Source: Gammaproteobacteria bacterium (GTDB taxonomy: Bacteria > Pseudomonadota > Gammaproteobacteria > JAUZRS01). Taken from it: DNA of 64,000 bases. Numbering within the stretch: position 1 is the first letter of the stretch; every line of letters begins with the position of its first letter. A program made the position numbers and the translations under genes. The notes under the pieces are model-generated. The model was not told the DNA's origin, made no database searches, and saw only the letters and a program-made list of their open reading frames with translations. The DNA lies in assembly GCA_030949385.1 (NCBI GenBank), contig JAUZSP010000006.1, positions 64,121 through 128,120 of the forward strand, given 5' to 3'. Below are positions 47,455 to 58,528 of the stretch, piece by piece.

Positions 47455-49326
47455 ATGGCCCTATTACAAATTTCTGAGCCTGGACAATCCACGGCACCGC
47501 ATCAACACCGTTTGGCGGTGGGGATCGATTTAGGCACCACCAACTCCTTGGTGGCCAGTGTGCGCAGCGGCGTGGCCGAAGTGTTGCCCAGCAGCGAGGG
47601 TGAGTTGATTTTGCCTTCGGTGGTGCGTTATTTGGCTGATGGCTCTCGTCAGGTGGGACGTGAAGCGCGTGATAACGCCGCTGCTGACCCACACAACAGC
47701 ATCAGTTCGGTGAAACGGTTTATGGGGCGTTCTTTGGCGGAGGTGTTGGCGATTGAGAGCAATTCACCGTACCGTTTTGTTGAGGGTGAAGGTTCGGTGC
47801 CACGGATTCAGACGGCCTGTGCCAAGGTCACTCCAGTGGAAGTCTCGGCGGAGATTTTAAGCCTGCTGCGCAAACAGGCGGAAGCGACTTTGGGCGGTGA
47901 TCTGGTGGGGGCGGTGATCACCGTACCGGCCTATTTTGATGACGCTCAGCGTCAAGCGACCAAAGACGCGGCGCGTCTGGCGGATGTGCATGTGCTGCGT
48001 CTGCTCAACGAACCCACCGCAGCGGCCATTGCCTATGGCTTGGACGAAGCCGCTGAAGGGGTGGTGGCGATTTTTGATCTCGGTGGCGGTACCTTTGATA
48101 TTTCCATTTTGCGCTTGAATCGCGGCGTGTTTGAGGTTTTGGCCACCGCCGGTGACACGGCTCTGGGTGGCGATGACATAGATCGTTTGCTGGCTGAGTG
48201 GATGAAACAGCAGGCTGGAATTGAGGTGAAAGACAATCACGGTTTGAATCGCCACATTTTGGATCAGGCGCGGGCAGCCAAAGAGTTGCTGAGCGAATGT
48301 GATGAGGTGGTGGTAGAGATTGAAGATTCTGAATACGAATGGCAGGGCTTGTTGAGCCGTGAGACCTTCAATGAGCTGATTGAACCGTTGATTAAAAAGA
48401 CCTTGTCACCTTGTCGTCGTGCGCTGCGCGATGCCGATGTCAGCCGCGATGAGATCGCTGCGGTGGTGATGGTGGGCGGTTCAACTCGGGTGCCTCTGGT
48501 GCGCGATAACGTCAGTGACTTTTTCAAACGTGAGGTTTTGACTCACATCGACCCTGATCGAGTGGTGGCCATCGGTGCGGCATTGCAAGCCGATGTGTTG
48601 GCGGGCAACAAAGCCGACGGTGAAATGCTGTTGCTGGATGTGAATCCGCTCTCGTTGGGCATTGAGACCATGGGCGGTTTGGTGGAAAAGATCATCGCCC
48701 GTAACACGACTATTCCTACTGCGCGAGGGCAAGAGTTCACCACGTATCAAGACGGTCAAACGGCAATGGCGCTGCATGTATTACAGGGTGAACGAGAGTT
48801 GGTTTCTGATTGTCGTTCACTGGCGCGTTTTGAATTGCGCGGTTTTCCGCCGATGGTGGCCGGTGCGGCGCGCATTAAAGTCACCTTACAAGTGGATGCG
48901 GATGGCCTGTTGAACGTGACGGCTACGGAGTTGACCAGCGGTGTGCAGGCGAGCATTGAGGTCAAACCTTCGTACGGCTTGCAGGATCAAGAGATCGAGC
49001 AGATGTTGCGCGATTCGATGGATTACGCCCAAGCGGACAAAGACGCGCGCAGCTTACGTGAGCAGCAGGTGGAGGCGCAGCGGGTGATTGAAGCCTTGGA
49101 TGCGGCTCTGGCCAGTGACGGCGATGATTTTCTTCAGGCCGATGAGTTGAGTCAGATTCAGACCGCCCGAGCCGCTGTGCTGGCGGTGGCTGAGGCGGAC
49201 GATCATCTGGCCATTAAGAGTGCGATTAAACGATTAGAGCAGTGCAGTGAAGCCTATGTGGCACGTCGCATGAACGCCAGCGTACGTAAAGCGATGGCGG
49301 GGCATAATTTAAATGAATACGAATGA
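47455..49326 (+). CDS. hscA: Fe-S cluster chaperone HscA (Hsp70 family)
   Basis: 623 aa. GIDLGTTNS and DLGGGTFD Hsp70 ATPase motifs. Confidence 0.9.
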   Translation: MALLQISEPGQSTAPHQHRLAVGIDLGTTNSLVASVRSGVAEVLPSSEGELILPSVVRYLADGSRQVGREARDNAAADPHNSISSVKRFMGRSLAEVLAIESNSPYRFVEGEGSVPRIQTACAKVTPVEVSAEILSLLRKQAEATLGGDLVGAVITVPAYFDDAQRQATKDAARLADVHVLRLLNEPTAAAIAYGLDEAAEGVVAIFDLGGGTFDISILRLNRGVFEVLATAGDTALGGDDIDRLLAEWMKQQAGIEVKDNHGLNRHILDQARAAKELLSECDEVVVEIEDSEYEWQGLLSRETFNELIEPLIKKTLSPCRRALRDADVSRDEIAAVVMVGGSTRVPLVRDNVSDFFKREVLTHIDPDRVVAIGAALQADVLAGNKADGEMLLLDVNPLSLGIETMGGLVEKIIARNTTIPTARGQEFTTYQDGQTAMALHVLQGERELVSDCRSLARFELRGFPPMVAGAARIKVTLQVDADGLLNVTATELTSGVQASIEVKPSYGLQDQEIEQMLRDSMDYAQADKDARSLREQQVEAQRVIEALDAALASDGDDFLQADELSQIQTARAAVLAVAEADDHLAIKSAIKRLEQCSEAYVARRMNASVRKAMAGHNLNEYE

Positions 49327-49358
49327 TAGGCAGCCTACGCTGCTGCGGAGCATATAAA

Positions 49359-49697
49359 ATGACACAAATTATTTTTTTACCCCATGAAGAGATCTGTCCT
49401 GAAGGGGCGATGTTTGAAGTGGAGCCAGGTATCACCATTTGTGATGCGGCGTTGGCCAACGGCATTGAGATTGAACACGCTTGTGAAAAATCCTGTGCCT
49501 GCACCACCTGCCACGTTCATGTGCGTGAAGGCGGTGAGTCACTGTCAGAGAACACCGAGTTGGAAGACGACCTGTTAGACAAGGCGTGGGGCTTAGATCC
49601 TGACTCCCGCTTGAGTTGTCAGGTGGTGGTGGGTGAGGAAAATTTGGTGGTCGAGCTGCCAAAATACACCATTAATATGGTCTCTGAGCACGGTTAA
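49359..49697 (+). CDS. fdx: ISC-type [2Fe-2S] ferredoxin
   Basis: MTQIIFLPHEEICPEG N-terminus and the Cys ligands C..C.TCHV...C, adrenodoxin-type. Confidence 0.85.
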   Translation: MTQIIFLPHEEICPEGAMFEVEPGITICDAALANGIEIEHACEKSCACTTCHVHVREGGESLSENTELEDDLLDKAWGLDPDSRLSCQVVVGEENLVVELPKYTINMVSEHG

Positions 49698-49712
49698 GAG
49701 AGGAGCGTTGAC

Positions 49713-49913
49713 ATGGAATTAAAGTGGACCGATGTACTGGACATTGCCATTGAACTGGATGAGGCGCACCCCGATGTGGATCCGCGTTACATCCGTTTTA
49801 CCGATTTACACGCATGGGTGACGGCGTTGGACAATTTTGATGATGACCCCGAACGTTCCAATGAAAAAATCTTGGAAGCGATTCAAGGCACATGGATTGA
49901 AGAGAAAGAGTAG
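49713..49913 (+). CDS. iscX: IscX (YfhJ) Fe-S assembly accessory protein
   Basis: 66 aa. MELKWTDVLDIAIEL..DPRYIRFTDLHAWV matches the IscX family. Confidence 0.85.
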   Translation: MELKWTDVLDIAIELDEAHPDVDPRYIRFTDLHAWVTALDNFDDDPERSNEKILEAIQGTWIEEKE

Positions 49914-50013
49914 ATAAATTTTATCTATAGGGTCTTTAAATGGGGCAATAAGCCGCGTACCATCGCGTTTTTTTAGTGTTTCTTTTTATTTAAAGACCTT
50001 GGAGTAATTGATT

Positions 50014-50442
50014 GTGGCAATTGAACGTACTTTTTCCATTGTAAAACCCGATGCAGTAGCCAAAAACGTCATTGGGCAGATTTACAGCCGGTTTGAATCT
50101 GCTGGCTTGTCCGTGGTGGCCTCTAAAATGCTGCAATTGAGTCAAGCGCAAGCGGAAGGCTTTTACGCCGTACACAAAGAGCGGCCTTTCTTCGCGGACT
50201 TGGTCTCTTTTATGATTTCAGGACCGGTGATGATGCAGGTGTTGGAAGGTGAAAACGCGATTGTCAAAAACCGCGAGTTGATGGGTGCAACCAACCCTAA
50301 AGACGCGGCTGCCGGTACCATTCGGGCTGATTTTGCCGATAGTCTGGATGAAAATGCGGTGCACGGTTCCGATGCTCCTGAAACCGCTGCGGTTGAAATC
50401 GCCTATTTCTTCCCTGAAGGTGTGTGTGAACGAATCCGCTAA
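50014..50442 (+). CDS. ndk: Nucleoside diphosphate kinase
   Basis: (M)[14 protein letters not shown]...catalytic His in NAVHGSD. The GTG at 50014 fits Ndk N-termini better than the TTG at 50008. Confidence 0.85.
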   Translation: MAIERTFSIVKPDAVAKNVIGQIYSRFESAGLSVVASKMLQLSQAQAEGFYAVHKERPFFADLVSFMISGPVMMQVLEGENAIVKNRELMGATNPKDAAAGTIRADFADSLDENAVHGSDAPETAAVEIAYFFPEGVCERIR

Positions 50443-51532
50443 ACTCAACCTGCTGGACTTAGACCAGCAGGCTCTGAAAGAATTTTTCGCCCAGTTGGGC
50501 GAAAAACCCTTCCGTACCGCTCAAGTGATGCGCTGGATTTACCACCAAGGGGTGGTTGATTACGACAGCATGACCGATTTGAGCAACAAGCTGCGTGAGC
50601 GACTCAAAGCCGATACGGAATTGGCTCTGCCCGAAGTGACTCAAGAACAAATTTCAACCGATGGCACGACCAAGTGGCTGTTTGATCTCGACAGTGGCAA
50701 CGGCATTGAGTCGGTGTTTATCCCTGAAACGTCTCGCGGTACCTTGTGCATCTCTTCTCAGGTTGGGTGTGCTCTGGATTGCTCTTTTTGTGCCACGGCA
50801 CGGCAAGGGTTTAATCGTAATCTTTCCACCGCTGAAATTGTCGGCCAAATTTGGCAAGCTAATCGGCGTTTGGGCGGCGGCATCGCAGGCAGTCGGCGCA
50901 TCACCAATATCGTCCTGATGGGGATGGGTGAGCCGCTGCTGAACTACAAAAACTTGATCCCTGCACTGAAACTGATGATGCACGATCAAGCGTTTGGTTT
51001 TGGTAAACGGCGCGTGACCGTGAGCACGGCGGGGGTGGTTCCGGCGATGGATCGTCTCAAGGACGATGTGGACGTCAGTTTGGCGGTTTCTTTGCATGCG
51101 CCTGTGGATGAGCTGCGTGATGGGTTGGTGCCATTGAACAAAAAATATCCGATTGAAGAGCTAATGGCGGCGTGCAAACGTTTTGTGGCCACCGACCGTA
51201 AAAAACACATTACCTTTGAGTATGTGATGCTGGCAGGGGTGAACGACTCCGATGCCGAGGCGCGGGCGTTGATTCAGTGTCTGCGTGGTGTGTCGGCTAA
51301 AATCAATTTGATCCCTTTCAATACCTTTGAGGGCAACGGCTATCACTGCTCCAGCCAGAAGCGCATTGATCGTTTCCGCGATATTTTGTACAAAGGCGGT
51401 TTGCATACCGTGACGCGTAAAACCCGAGGTGAAGACATTGATGCGGCCTGTGGTCAGTTGGCAGGTAAGGTTGCGGATCGCAGTCGGCGTGAGGTGAAAT
51501 TTGTTCAACCTCGGTTTGGAGAGCAGGGTTGA
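50426..51532 (+). CDS. rlmN: 23S rRNA (adenine2503-C2)-methyltransferase RlmN (radical SAM)
   Basis: Radical-SAM CALDCSFC motif and an N-terminus ..[35 protein letters not shown].. parallel to E. coli RlmN. Probable GTG start that overlaps the ndk stop. Confidence 0.85.
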   Translation: MNESAKLNLLDLDQQALKEFFAQLGEKPFRTAQVMRWIYHQGVVDYDSMTDLSNKLRERLKADTELALPEVTQEQISTDGTTKWLFDLDSGNGIESVFIPETSRGTLCISSQVGCALDCSFCATARQGFNRNLSTAEIVGQIWQANRRLGGGIAGSRRITNIVLMGMGEPLLNYKNLIPALKLMMHDQAFGFGKRRVTVSTAGVVPAMDRLKDDVDVSLAVSLHAPVDELRDGLVPLNKKYPIEELMAACKRFVATDRKKHITFEYVMLAGVNDSDAEARALIQCLRGVSAKINLIPFNTFEGNGYHCSSQKRIDRFRDILYKGGLHTVTRKTRGEDIDAACGQLAGKVADRSRREVKFVQPRFGEQG

Positions 51533-52284
51533 GAGGCGTATTTCTGCTTCTGTTGATTCTGTTTTTGCAGGCCTGTTCTGCTTCTGCGCCGCGTACCCCA
51601 CTGGTTTCTAAGAATAAAGCCGCTAATTTTAATGCCCAGTTGGGAGCCAGTTATCTGCATCGTGGTAATTTGACTCAAGCCAAATACAAATTAGAAAAGG
51701 CGCTGGAGCAAGATGCCAATAACGTTACTGCCAACAGCACTTATGCGCTGTTTCAGGCGCGTTTGGGTAAGGTGAAAGAGGCCGATCGTTACTTTCGTAA
51801 GGCGCTGCGTCTGAGTAAAAACAACGCTGATATTTTAAACAATTACGGCACGTTTTTATGTCAGCAAAAACAGCCACGAGAGGCAGAGAAGCGTTTTTTA
51901 GCGGCGGCTAAAGATTTGCTTTATCAGACCCCCGAATACGCTTACACCAATGCGGGCATTTGTGCGTTGGATCATCGTCAGTTTCGTCAAGCGAAGCAGT
52001 ATTTGAAGAAGGCGCTCAGTCTCAACCCTCGTTTTGGTTCGGCCTTGAGGAATATGGCGGACCTTTATCAGCAGAAACGCCGTTATCGTCAGGCCTTGGT
52101 TTACTTGCAACGGTATCACAAATATTATACTGAGAGTCCCGCGACGTTATTGATGTCGATTAAGATCTATCGGGGCTTGAGAAATGCACAACAGGCCAAT
52201 GCGTTTACGGCTAAATTGCGCCGTCAGTTTCCAAATTCTGCTGAAACAGAGTCGATAATGAATAAACGCTCGATTTTGCCTTAA
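51529..52284 (+). CDS. pilF: TPR-repeat lipoprotein PilF/PilW (type IV pilus biogenesis/stability)
   Basis: Lipobox LFLQAC and multiple TPR units. Conserved position after rlmN, as in Pseudomonas. TTG start. Confidence 0.7.
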   Translation: MRGVFLLLLILFLQACSASAPRTPLVSKNKAANFNAQLGASYLHRGNLTQAKYKLEKALEQDANNVTANSTYALFQARLGKVKEADRYFRKALRLSKNNADILNNYGTFLCQQKQPREAEKRFLAAAKDLLYQTPEYAYTNAGICALDHRQFRQAKQYLKKALSLNPRFGSALRNMADLYQQKRRYRQALVYLQRYHKYYTESPATLLMSIKIYRGLRNAQQANAFTAKLRRQFPNSAETESIMNKRSILP

Positions 52285-52377
52285 ATTTTCCTGTCAGCGT
52301 TGTTATAGTAACGCTGTGTTAGGCTCTGCTTGTGGTATTGGTTTTTTCATTCGCACCTCTTTAACCGGAATATTTGT

Positions 52378-53721
52378 ATGAAAGATTATGATTCTGAAGC
52401 ATTTGATGGTGATTCTCTGAATTCAGCACCTCTGGGGCAGCGTCTGCGCAGCGCACGTGAAGGAACGGGATTAGGAATTGAGGAAGTTGCCAGTCTATTA
52501 AACCTGGAAGAGTCCTTGATTCGTGCCTTAGAAGATGAAGATTACGAGGTACTGCCTTCGCCTATTTTCATTCGTGGCTATTTGAGAGCGTACGCCAAGT
52601 TGTTGCGCTTGGATGGCAATGAGCTAATCGAAGTGTACGGCGTACAGAGCGGCGGTATGGATCCTGATTTAGCCACCAACAGCCAGAACGGTGGTTCTAC
52701 TGCTGCTGGTTTTCCAATGGCTTGGTTGGCGGGGGGTACGGTCACTATTTTGTTGCTGGTGGTCGTCGGTTGGTGGTTTATGTCAGCTGAAGATACTGCG
52801 CCACAGATGAGTCAAGATGAATCTCTCTCTTCGGAAGTGGTGGCAGAGATGCCCACCGATTCTAATGCCATTGCGCTACCACAACAGCCAAAAATGACTC
52901 AAACCGTGGCAGCTAAAGTCGGGTCAAAAGTTGAGCCAAAACCGGTTGTCGAAGCGATGGCGGAATCCGCGCCGAAACCTGAGCAGGGTACTTCAGATGT
53001 GTTATTGGCTATTGAGGCTGCTAAGGCACCCACGCTAGAACAGACAGATATGGGCGCTGTTCTGAGTGAGAAAAATTCAGTAACGGAACATCGTAACCTA
53101 CAGTCTGCCGTTGAGACCATGTTGGAAGAACGGCAGTGGGCACAAAACGACGGTTCTAGCAGTGAACGCAGCGTATTGGCGGCACCGGTTGCGGAACCGG
53201 CTGATTCACAGGTGGCTCAAGGTGTATTATCCTCGATTCAAAACGCGATTGTGGTCGATCAGGCCGATGCAGTTGTGGTGGTTGAGAGTGACGCTCAGGT
53301 GGAGCAGGACGTTGCAGCGGTCAATAAAAAGGTGGTTACGGCGCTCAGTCGTGTGGATTCAAGCGCTGAAACAGCGATCAGTAGCGTTGAAAGTGGTAAA
53401 AAATCAGCTGTGGTTCAAAACCTGTCGAAGTTGAATGTGGGGCCTGTGGCTCCCAGCGGCAGCGATGTTCTGTTGCTTAGCAGCACGGGTGACTCTTGGG
53501 CCGAGGTATTTGATGCCAACGGTTATCGTCTGTTGTACGACATGTTGAAAGTGGATCGTAGCAAACGTTTACAAGGCAGCGCACCCTTTAAGGTCTTTTT
53601 GGGCAACTCGCCTCTGGTTACGCTGAGCCTGAATGACACAGCAATGATTCAAAAATCCTTTAACCGTAAAAATAATACCGCCCGCTTTGTAGTGGACGTT
53701 AAGGGTGTTCGCAGGCGGTAG
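52378..53721 (+). CDS. rodZ: Cytoskeleton protein RodZ (XRE HTH + TM + C-terminal DUF4115)
   Basis: ..LGQRLRSAREGTGLGIEEVASLLNL.. HTH, a single TM helix (TVTILLLVVVGWWF), and a C-terminal beta-rich domain. The ORF is open from 52330 but MKDYD at 52378 is the likely start. Confidence 0.8.
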   Translation: MKDYDSEAFDGDSLNSAPLGQRLRSAREGTGLGIEEVASLLNLEESLIRALEDEDYEVLPSPIFIRGYLRAYAKLLRLDGNELIEVYGVQSGGMDPDLATNSQNGGSTAAGFPMAWLAGGTVTILLLVVVGWWFMSAEDTAPQMSQDESLSSEVVAEMPTDSNAIALPQQPKMTQTVAAKVGSKVEPKPVVEAMAESAPKPEQGTSDVLLAIEAAKAPTLEQTDMGAVLSEKNSVTEHRNLQSAVETMLEERQWAQNDGSSSERSVLAAPVAEPADSQVAQGVLSSIQNAIVVDQADAVVVVESDAQVEQDVAAVNKKVVTALSRVDSSAETAISSVESGKKSAVVQNLSKLNVGPVAPSGSDVLLLSSTGDSWAEVFDANGYRLLYDMLKVDRSKRLQGSAPFKVFLGNSPLVTLSLNDTAMIQKSFNRKNNTARFVVDVKGVRRR

Positions 53722-53786
53722 TTTCGCTGCTCTGCTCTTAGGTGTATATTTGCCGCCTTTGCTAACACCTAAGTAATTTTTTCTCT

Positions 53787-55064
53787 ATGGCTAAAGGTAT
53801 CACTCGTATTCGGGGTATGCATGACATTACCCCGCAACAAACCCCTCAATGGCAACAACTGGAACAGAGTCTGCGAACTCTGATGAAGGCCTATGGTTAC
53901 GATGAAATTCGTATGCCGATTGTGGAAAAAACCGATCTCTTTTGTCGTTCAATCGGTGAAGTCACCGATATTGTTGAAAAAGAGATGTACACCTTTCCAG
54001 ACCGTAACGGTGATCTGCTGACCTTGCGTCCAGAGGGTACCGCCAGTTGTGTGCGTGCCGGTATTGAACAAGGTCTGTTGCACAATCAGGTGCAGCGTCT
54101 CTGGTATCAGGGGCCGATGTTTCGCCACGAACGCCCCCAAAAAGGCCGTTATCGCCAATTTCATCAATTTGGCGTGGAGTGTTACGGTTTAGCTGGGGCT
54201 GACAGCGATGCCGAACTGATTCTGATGAGCGCCCGTCTTTGGTCAGAATTGGGCATTGCTGATGCCGTGCAATTGGAGTTGAACTCCTTGGGTAATCAGG
54301 TCTCGCGTTTGGCCTATCGGGATCAATTGGTTGCGTATCTTAACGACTGTCGTCAAGAGTTGGACGAAGACAGTCTGCGTCGTTTAGAGAGTAACCCTCT
54401 GCGCATTTTGGACAGCAAAAATCCCCAGACACAGACACTGTTAAAAAACGCCCCCAAACTCAGCGAAACCCTAGATCAAGCCTCGCAAGATCACATGGGG
54501 TTGTTGTGCGATATTTTGGATAGGGGTGGGGTGAACTACCACTTGAATGAACGTTTAGTGCGTGGTTTGGATTATTACTGTTTGACCGTGTTTGAATGGG
54601 TGACGGATCGACTCGGTGCGCAAGGCACCGTCTGTGCGGGTGGCCGTTATGACGGTCTGGTGCAGCAGTTGGGTGGCCGCTCGACTCCGGCGGTGGGTTT
54701 TGCCATGGGTTTGGAGCGTCTGCTCTCTTTAATGGAAGAGATGGACAGTCTCTCTGTCGCAGAGAGGCCGCACCTCTATTTGACCCTGATGGGCGAGCAG
54801 GCACAGCGTGAGGGTTTGTTGTTGGCGGAACGCTTGCGTGATGCCCTGCCTAAGCTGCGTCTGTTAACCCACTGTGGCGGCGGCAGCGTCAAAAGCCAAT
54901 TTAAAAAGGCCGATAAAAGCGGTGCTGAATACGCACTGGTGTTGGCTGATACCGAGCTTGAACAGGGTGTCATTGCGCTTAAACCTTTGCGGGATAAGGG
55001 TGAGCAGCAAAGTTTCCGTGAAGCGCAGTTGATCAGTGAATTGATGCTGCGTTTTGGTTGGTAA
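53787..55064 (+). CDS. hisS: Histidine--tRNA ligase
   Basis: [20 protein letters not shown]-terminus, class II motifs and a C-terminal anticodon-binding domain. Confidence 0.9.
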   Translation: MAKGITRIRGMHDITPQQTPQWQQLEQSLRTLMKAYGYDEIRMPIVEKTDLFCRSIGEVTDIVEKEMYTFPDRNGDLLTLRPEGTASCVRAGIEQGLLHNQVQRLWYQGPMFRHERPQKGRYRQFHQFGVECYGLAGADSDAELILMSARLWSELGIADAVQLELNSLGNQVSRLAYRDQLVAYLNDCRQELDEDSLRRLESNPLRILDSKNPQTQTLLKNAPKLSETLDQASQDHMGLLCDILDRGGVNYHLNERLVRGLDYYCLTVFEWVTDRLGAQGTVCAGGRYDGLVQQLGGRSTPAVGFAMGLERLLSLMEEMDSLSVAERPHLYLTLMGEQAQREGLLLAERLRDALPKLRLLTHCGGGSVKSQFKKADKSGAEYALVLADTELEQGVIALKPLRDKGEQQSFREAQLISELMLRFGW

Positions 55065-55110
55065 AAATCTTTTTGATAATGTCATTCAATGAATGTGAGA
55101 GGAGCCGCTG

Positions 55111-55764
55111 ATGGCGATGTATGAAACCGAAGAAGAGCAGATTGAAGCGTTAAAAAAGTGGTGGGCTGATAACGGTCGAGCGGTGATGTTGGGTCTGTTA
55201 TTGGGGGTCGCTTTGATTCTCGGTTGGCGTTTTTGGGGTGATCATCAGCGTACTCAAGCAGAAGAAGCGTCCAGCCTGTATGAGAGCTTGATTGAGGGTA
55301 TGGGGGCTGAGTCTGATGCCGCCGCGTTGTTGTCTTTGCAGACGCAGTTGGGGCGTGATTACGCCGATACGCCGTACGCGTCTTTGGCGGCACTGGCGAT
55401 GGCAAAACTGTACGTTTCTCAACATGACCTGAAAGCGGCGCAGCGCCAACTGAGTTGGGTGCTGGAAAATGAGGCTGATGAAAACCTGGGTCAGGTGGCT
55501 CGTTTGCGCTTAGGGCGTATTTTGTTGGCTGTGGGTGAAAAAGAGAAGGCTCTCACGTTGGCCAAAGCGCCTTACGCAGAGGCTTTTTTGGCTGATGTAG
55601 CAGAGTTGCAAGGCGATGCCTTACTGGCTTTGGGACGTTTAGATGAGGCACGGCTGGCGTATCAAGAGGCGCTGTCTGCACCGATGGCGATTGGCGATCG
55701 GCAGGGATTGCAGATGAAGTACGATGATTTGAAAGGAGTTCAGGCTGCGGATTCAGCGTCATGA
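55111..55764 (+). CDS. yfgM: YfgM-like membrane-anchored TPR protein (ancillary SecYEG-associated)
   Basis: N-terminus ..TEEEQIEALKKWWADNGRAVMLGLLLGVALILGW.. (signal-anchor) then a TPR-like domain. Conserved position between hisS and bamB. Confidence 0.75.
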   Translation: MAMYETEEEQIEALKKWWADNGRAVMLGLLLGVALILGWRFWGDHQRTQAEEASSLYESLIEGMGAESDAAALLSLQTQLGRDYADTPYASLAALAMAKLYVSQHDLKAAQRQLSWVLENEADENLGQVARLRLGRILLAVGEKEKALTLAKAPYAEAFLADVAELQGDALLALGRLDEARLAYQEALSAPMAIGDRQGLQMKYDDLKGVQAADSAS

Positions 55765-56900
55765 AGTGGTTCTCTGCCTTGTTGTTGGTGTTCCTCGCCG
55801 GTTGTGCCAATGAGCCGATTAATCCGCCATCGGCGTTGTTGAAATTGGAGCCTAAAGTCGGTTTTAAACTGCTCTGGAGTGCGGAGGCGGGTTCGGCAAT
55901 CAATAAAAAATTCATTCGTCTTAATCCGTATGCCAGCGGTGATCGTCTTTTTACTGCGGTACCCAGTGGTCGAGTTACTGCTTTTGATCGCATGACGGGC
56001 AAGCTGATGTGGCGGGTGGATTTAAATGTGCCGTTGTCGGCGGGTGTTGGCGGAGGTGAAGGCGCGCTTTATGTGGCCAGCCAAGACGGGGTGGTGATTG
56101 CCCTTGATCCAAAGCAGGGCGCTGAGTTGTGGCGGGTGTCGTTAAATAACGAAGTACTCTCAGCCCCAGTGCCGAGTTTAGGCCGAGTGATTGTACGCAC
56201 GGTGGATGGCAGTATTTTGGCGCTGAAAGCGGAGTCGGGCGGGGTGATTTGGCGTTACAGTCAGCCAGTACCCCCGTTGACGCTGCGTGGCACCAGCCGA
56301 CCGGTGCCGGTTGCCGGTGGTCTGGTCAGTGCGCTGGATAACGGCAAAGTGATCGCTTTGGATCTGGAGCAGGGGCGGCCGTTTTGGGAGACCGTGGTCT
56401 CACGTTCGCAAGGGATTTCCGAGCTGGATCGCTTGGTGGATCTGGATGCTGAGTTGTTGGTTGAGAAAGGGCTGATTTTTGTGGCCGGTTATCAGGGTAA
56501 TTTGGCTCTGCTCTCTTTGGAGCAAGGACAAATTTTATGGTCTAAAGCCTTTTCCACCAGCACCGGTATGGCGTTTAAGGCTGAAAAGTTGTTTATTAAC
56601 AGTGATCAGGATGAAATTTCGGCGTTAAATGCACGGGATGGCAGGGTTGTTTGGCAGCAAGATAAACTTAAATTCCGTCAGTTGACTGCGCCGGTACTTA
56701 TTGGTGACAGTTTGGCGGTTGCTGACGCAGAGGGTTACCTGCATTTGTTGTCTCTCGCCGATGGCCGTCTGTTGGCGCGTTATAAGTTTGATGACTACGG
56801 CCTGCTGATTACACCGCTGGTGGTGGGAGAGACTCTGTATGTGCAGACTCGAGCCGGAACCGTATATGCGTTAAATCTGACAAAATTGGCCAAACCTTAG
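55761..56900 (+). CDS. bamB: Outer-membrane protein assembly factor BamB (PQQ-repeat lipoprotein)
   Basis: Lipobox LLVFLAGCA and repeated PQQ-like beta-propeller blades. Conserved position before der. Confidence 0.85.
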   Translation: MKWFSALLLVFLAGCANEPINPPSALLKLEPKVGFKLLWSAEAGSAINKKFIRLNPYASGDRLFTAVPSGRVTAFDRMTGKLMWRVDLNVPLSAGVGGGEGALYVASQDGVVIALDPKQGAELWRVSLNNEVLSAPVPSLGRVIVRTVDGSILALKAESGGVIWRYSQPVPPLTLRGTSRPVPVAGGLVSALDNGKVIALDLEQGRPFWETVVSRSQGISELDRLVDLDAELLVEKGLIFVAGYQGNLALLSLEQGQILWSKAFSTSTGMAFKAEKLFINSDQDEISALNARDGRVVWQQDKLKFRQLTAPVLIGDSLAVADAEGYLHLLSLADGRLLARYKFDDYGLLITPLVVGETLYVQTRAGTVYALNLTKLAKP

Positions 56901-56938
56901 TTGGCTGACATCGGCAAAATTGCTTCTTTCCGCTGCAA

Positions 56939-58417
56939 GTGTTAAAAATCCTGCTAAGTGGTATTGAGAATGGGGTTCAACTCCATTACGGACAGGATGG
57001 GCGAAGAGAGGCGGGTATGGTTTACGGTAAGCTGAGAAATTTTGAATATTTTTTGGCCTCGGTGTTTCTGATTTTAGGTCTGTTGATGGCGGTGCCTTAT
57101 GTTTGGGGTGTCGTTTTTGAATCTAAATTTCGGCACGAAGTGACGCAGCTTGGTGAACGTCTGCATACCAAGGTGACGGTGCTTAATTATCAGCGTGGCT
57201 GGTTAAGAAGCCGTGCGGTGAGTCGCGTTGAGCTGCCTTACACGACGAATGCATTGCTGTTTGTGCATGAGATCAATCATGGTCCCTTGGAGCTGGAGAT
57301 GTTGGCGCAGGGGAAAAACCCTTGGTTGGCGGCTTTGGTGCGCACCGAACTGCCCGAGCAGCTGAGCATGGAGGGAGTTCAAGCGTTCAGTTCCGTGGAT
57401 GGCAGTTATTTTAAAGCCTTTACTCGAGTGCATCTGGACGGAGAGCTGGATACCCATTTCTCTCTGCCGCACTTGCAAGCCGAATTGCACAATTTGCCTG
57501 TGCAGCGCTTTTCGGCTTCTTCTCTGCGCGGTCATTTTGTTTATAACCCCGAGCAAAAACGAATTTATGGCAATTTGGATCTGCCGAGAATTAAGTTAGA
57601 AGGTGCGCAGATGAGTTTGCGCCTGCGCCATCTGCACTTTGAGACGGATCAGAAGAAGGGTGAAGGCGAGCTCTATTTTGGCGGTTCTCAGTTGAAAGTG
57701 GCGGCTCTGGATTGGCAGGGCTGGGGTCGTCCACTGAAAGTGGATCAGTTGGAGCTGCGCAGTATGAATGCGGAAAATCAGCAAGAGGCGTTCAGTCAGA
57801 TCGCGCTGAGTTCGAAGTCGGTGCAGACCCTGTTAGGCAACTATTCCAGTACTGAGTTTGATCTCAGTTTGCGTCATTTGGATACCCCTGGAGTGGCACA
57901 GGTGATCAATAACCTGCGTCATTATCCCTATTACGACACGGATGAGTTGCCTTTGGCGAGTCGTGATCGTGTTTGGCAGAGCCAAGTGTCACCAGTATTA
58001 AGCCTGTTGCGCAACAGTGAGTTGGAATTGTCGCGTTTTTATATGAAGCAGGGTGATGACGAGGTCAGTGCTTGGATGCGGGCGAAAATGCCAAGCTTGA
58101 CCTACGGCGATTGGGAGGCGGGAGAGTTTCCATTGCAAGCTTTGGAAGTTGAGCTGGAACTCTCTCTGTCAGAGCAGTTGATGGTGAGTTTGTTCAGAGA
58201 GCAGGCGCGGCGGATGTTGGGTAATACCCAGCGCTTTGTGGCCATGAAAGGTTTGAAGGCGGCAGAAAAAGAGCCCTATGTGCGTAAATCCGCTGAATCT
58301 CAGCTGAATAACCTGCTCAGGCAAAACTACCTTGCGTTTGAAGAGGGCAGTTATCGTTTGAAGCTTTCTCTTAAAGAGGGACATTTTTACCTCAACGACC
58401 ATCCATTGAATCCGTAA
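56939..58417 (+). CDS. DUF945 (YdgA/YihF-like) family membrane-anchored protein
   Basis: About 490 aa with an N-terminal TM helix; the true start may be the ATG near 57017 (MVYGKL...). No catalytic motifs. Family assignment is tentative. Confidence 0.45.
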   Translation: MLKILLSGIENGVQLHYGQDGRREAGMVYGKLRNFEYFLASVFLILGLLMAVPYVWGVVFESKFRHEVTQLGERLHTKVTVLNYQRGWLRSRAVSRVELPYTTNALLFVHEINHGPLELEMLAQGKNPWLAALVRTELPEQLSMEGVQAFSSVDGSYFKAFTRVHLDGELDTHFSLPHLQAELHNLPVQRFSASSLRGHFVYNPEQKRIYGNLDLPRIKLEGAQMSLRLRHLHFETDQKKGEGELYFGGSQLKVAALDWQGWGRPLKVDQLELRSMNAENQQEAFSQIALSSKSVQTLLGNYSSTEFDLSLRHLDTPGVAQVINNLRHYPYYDTDELPLASRDRVWQSQVSPVLSLLRNSELELSRFYMKQGDDEVSAWMRAKMPSLTYGDWEAGEFPLQALEVELELSLSEQLMVSLFREQARRMLGNTQRFVAMKGLKAAEKEPYVRKSAESQLNNLLRQNYLAFEEGSYRLKLSLKEGHFYLNDHPLNP

Positions 58418-58528
58418 TACTTCCTTCATTCTCTGGGTGCTATTTTTTTTACGCGCTTTTTTGCATCGTGCGATAATGCCCGCCTGATAAAAAATTCACC
58501 TATCCCGTTCGTTGTGCAGAGAGTCCCC

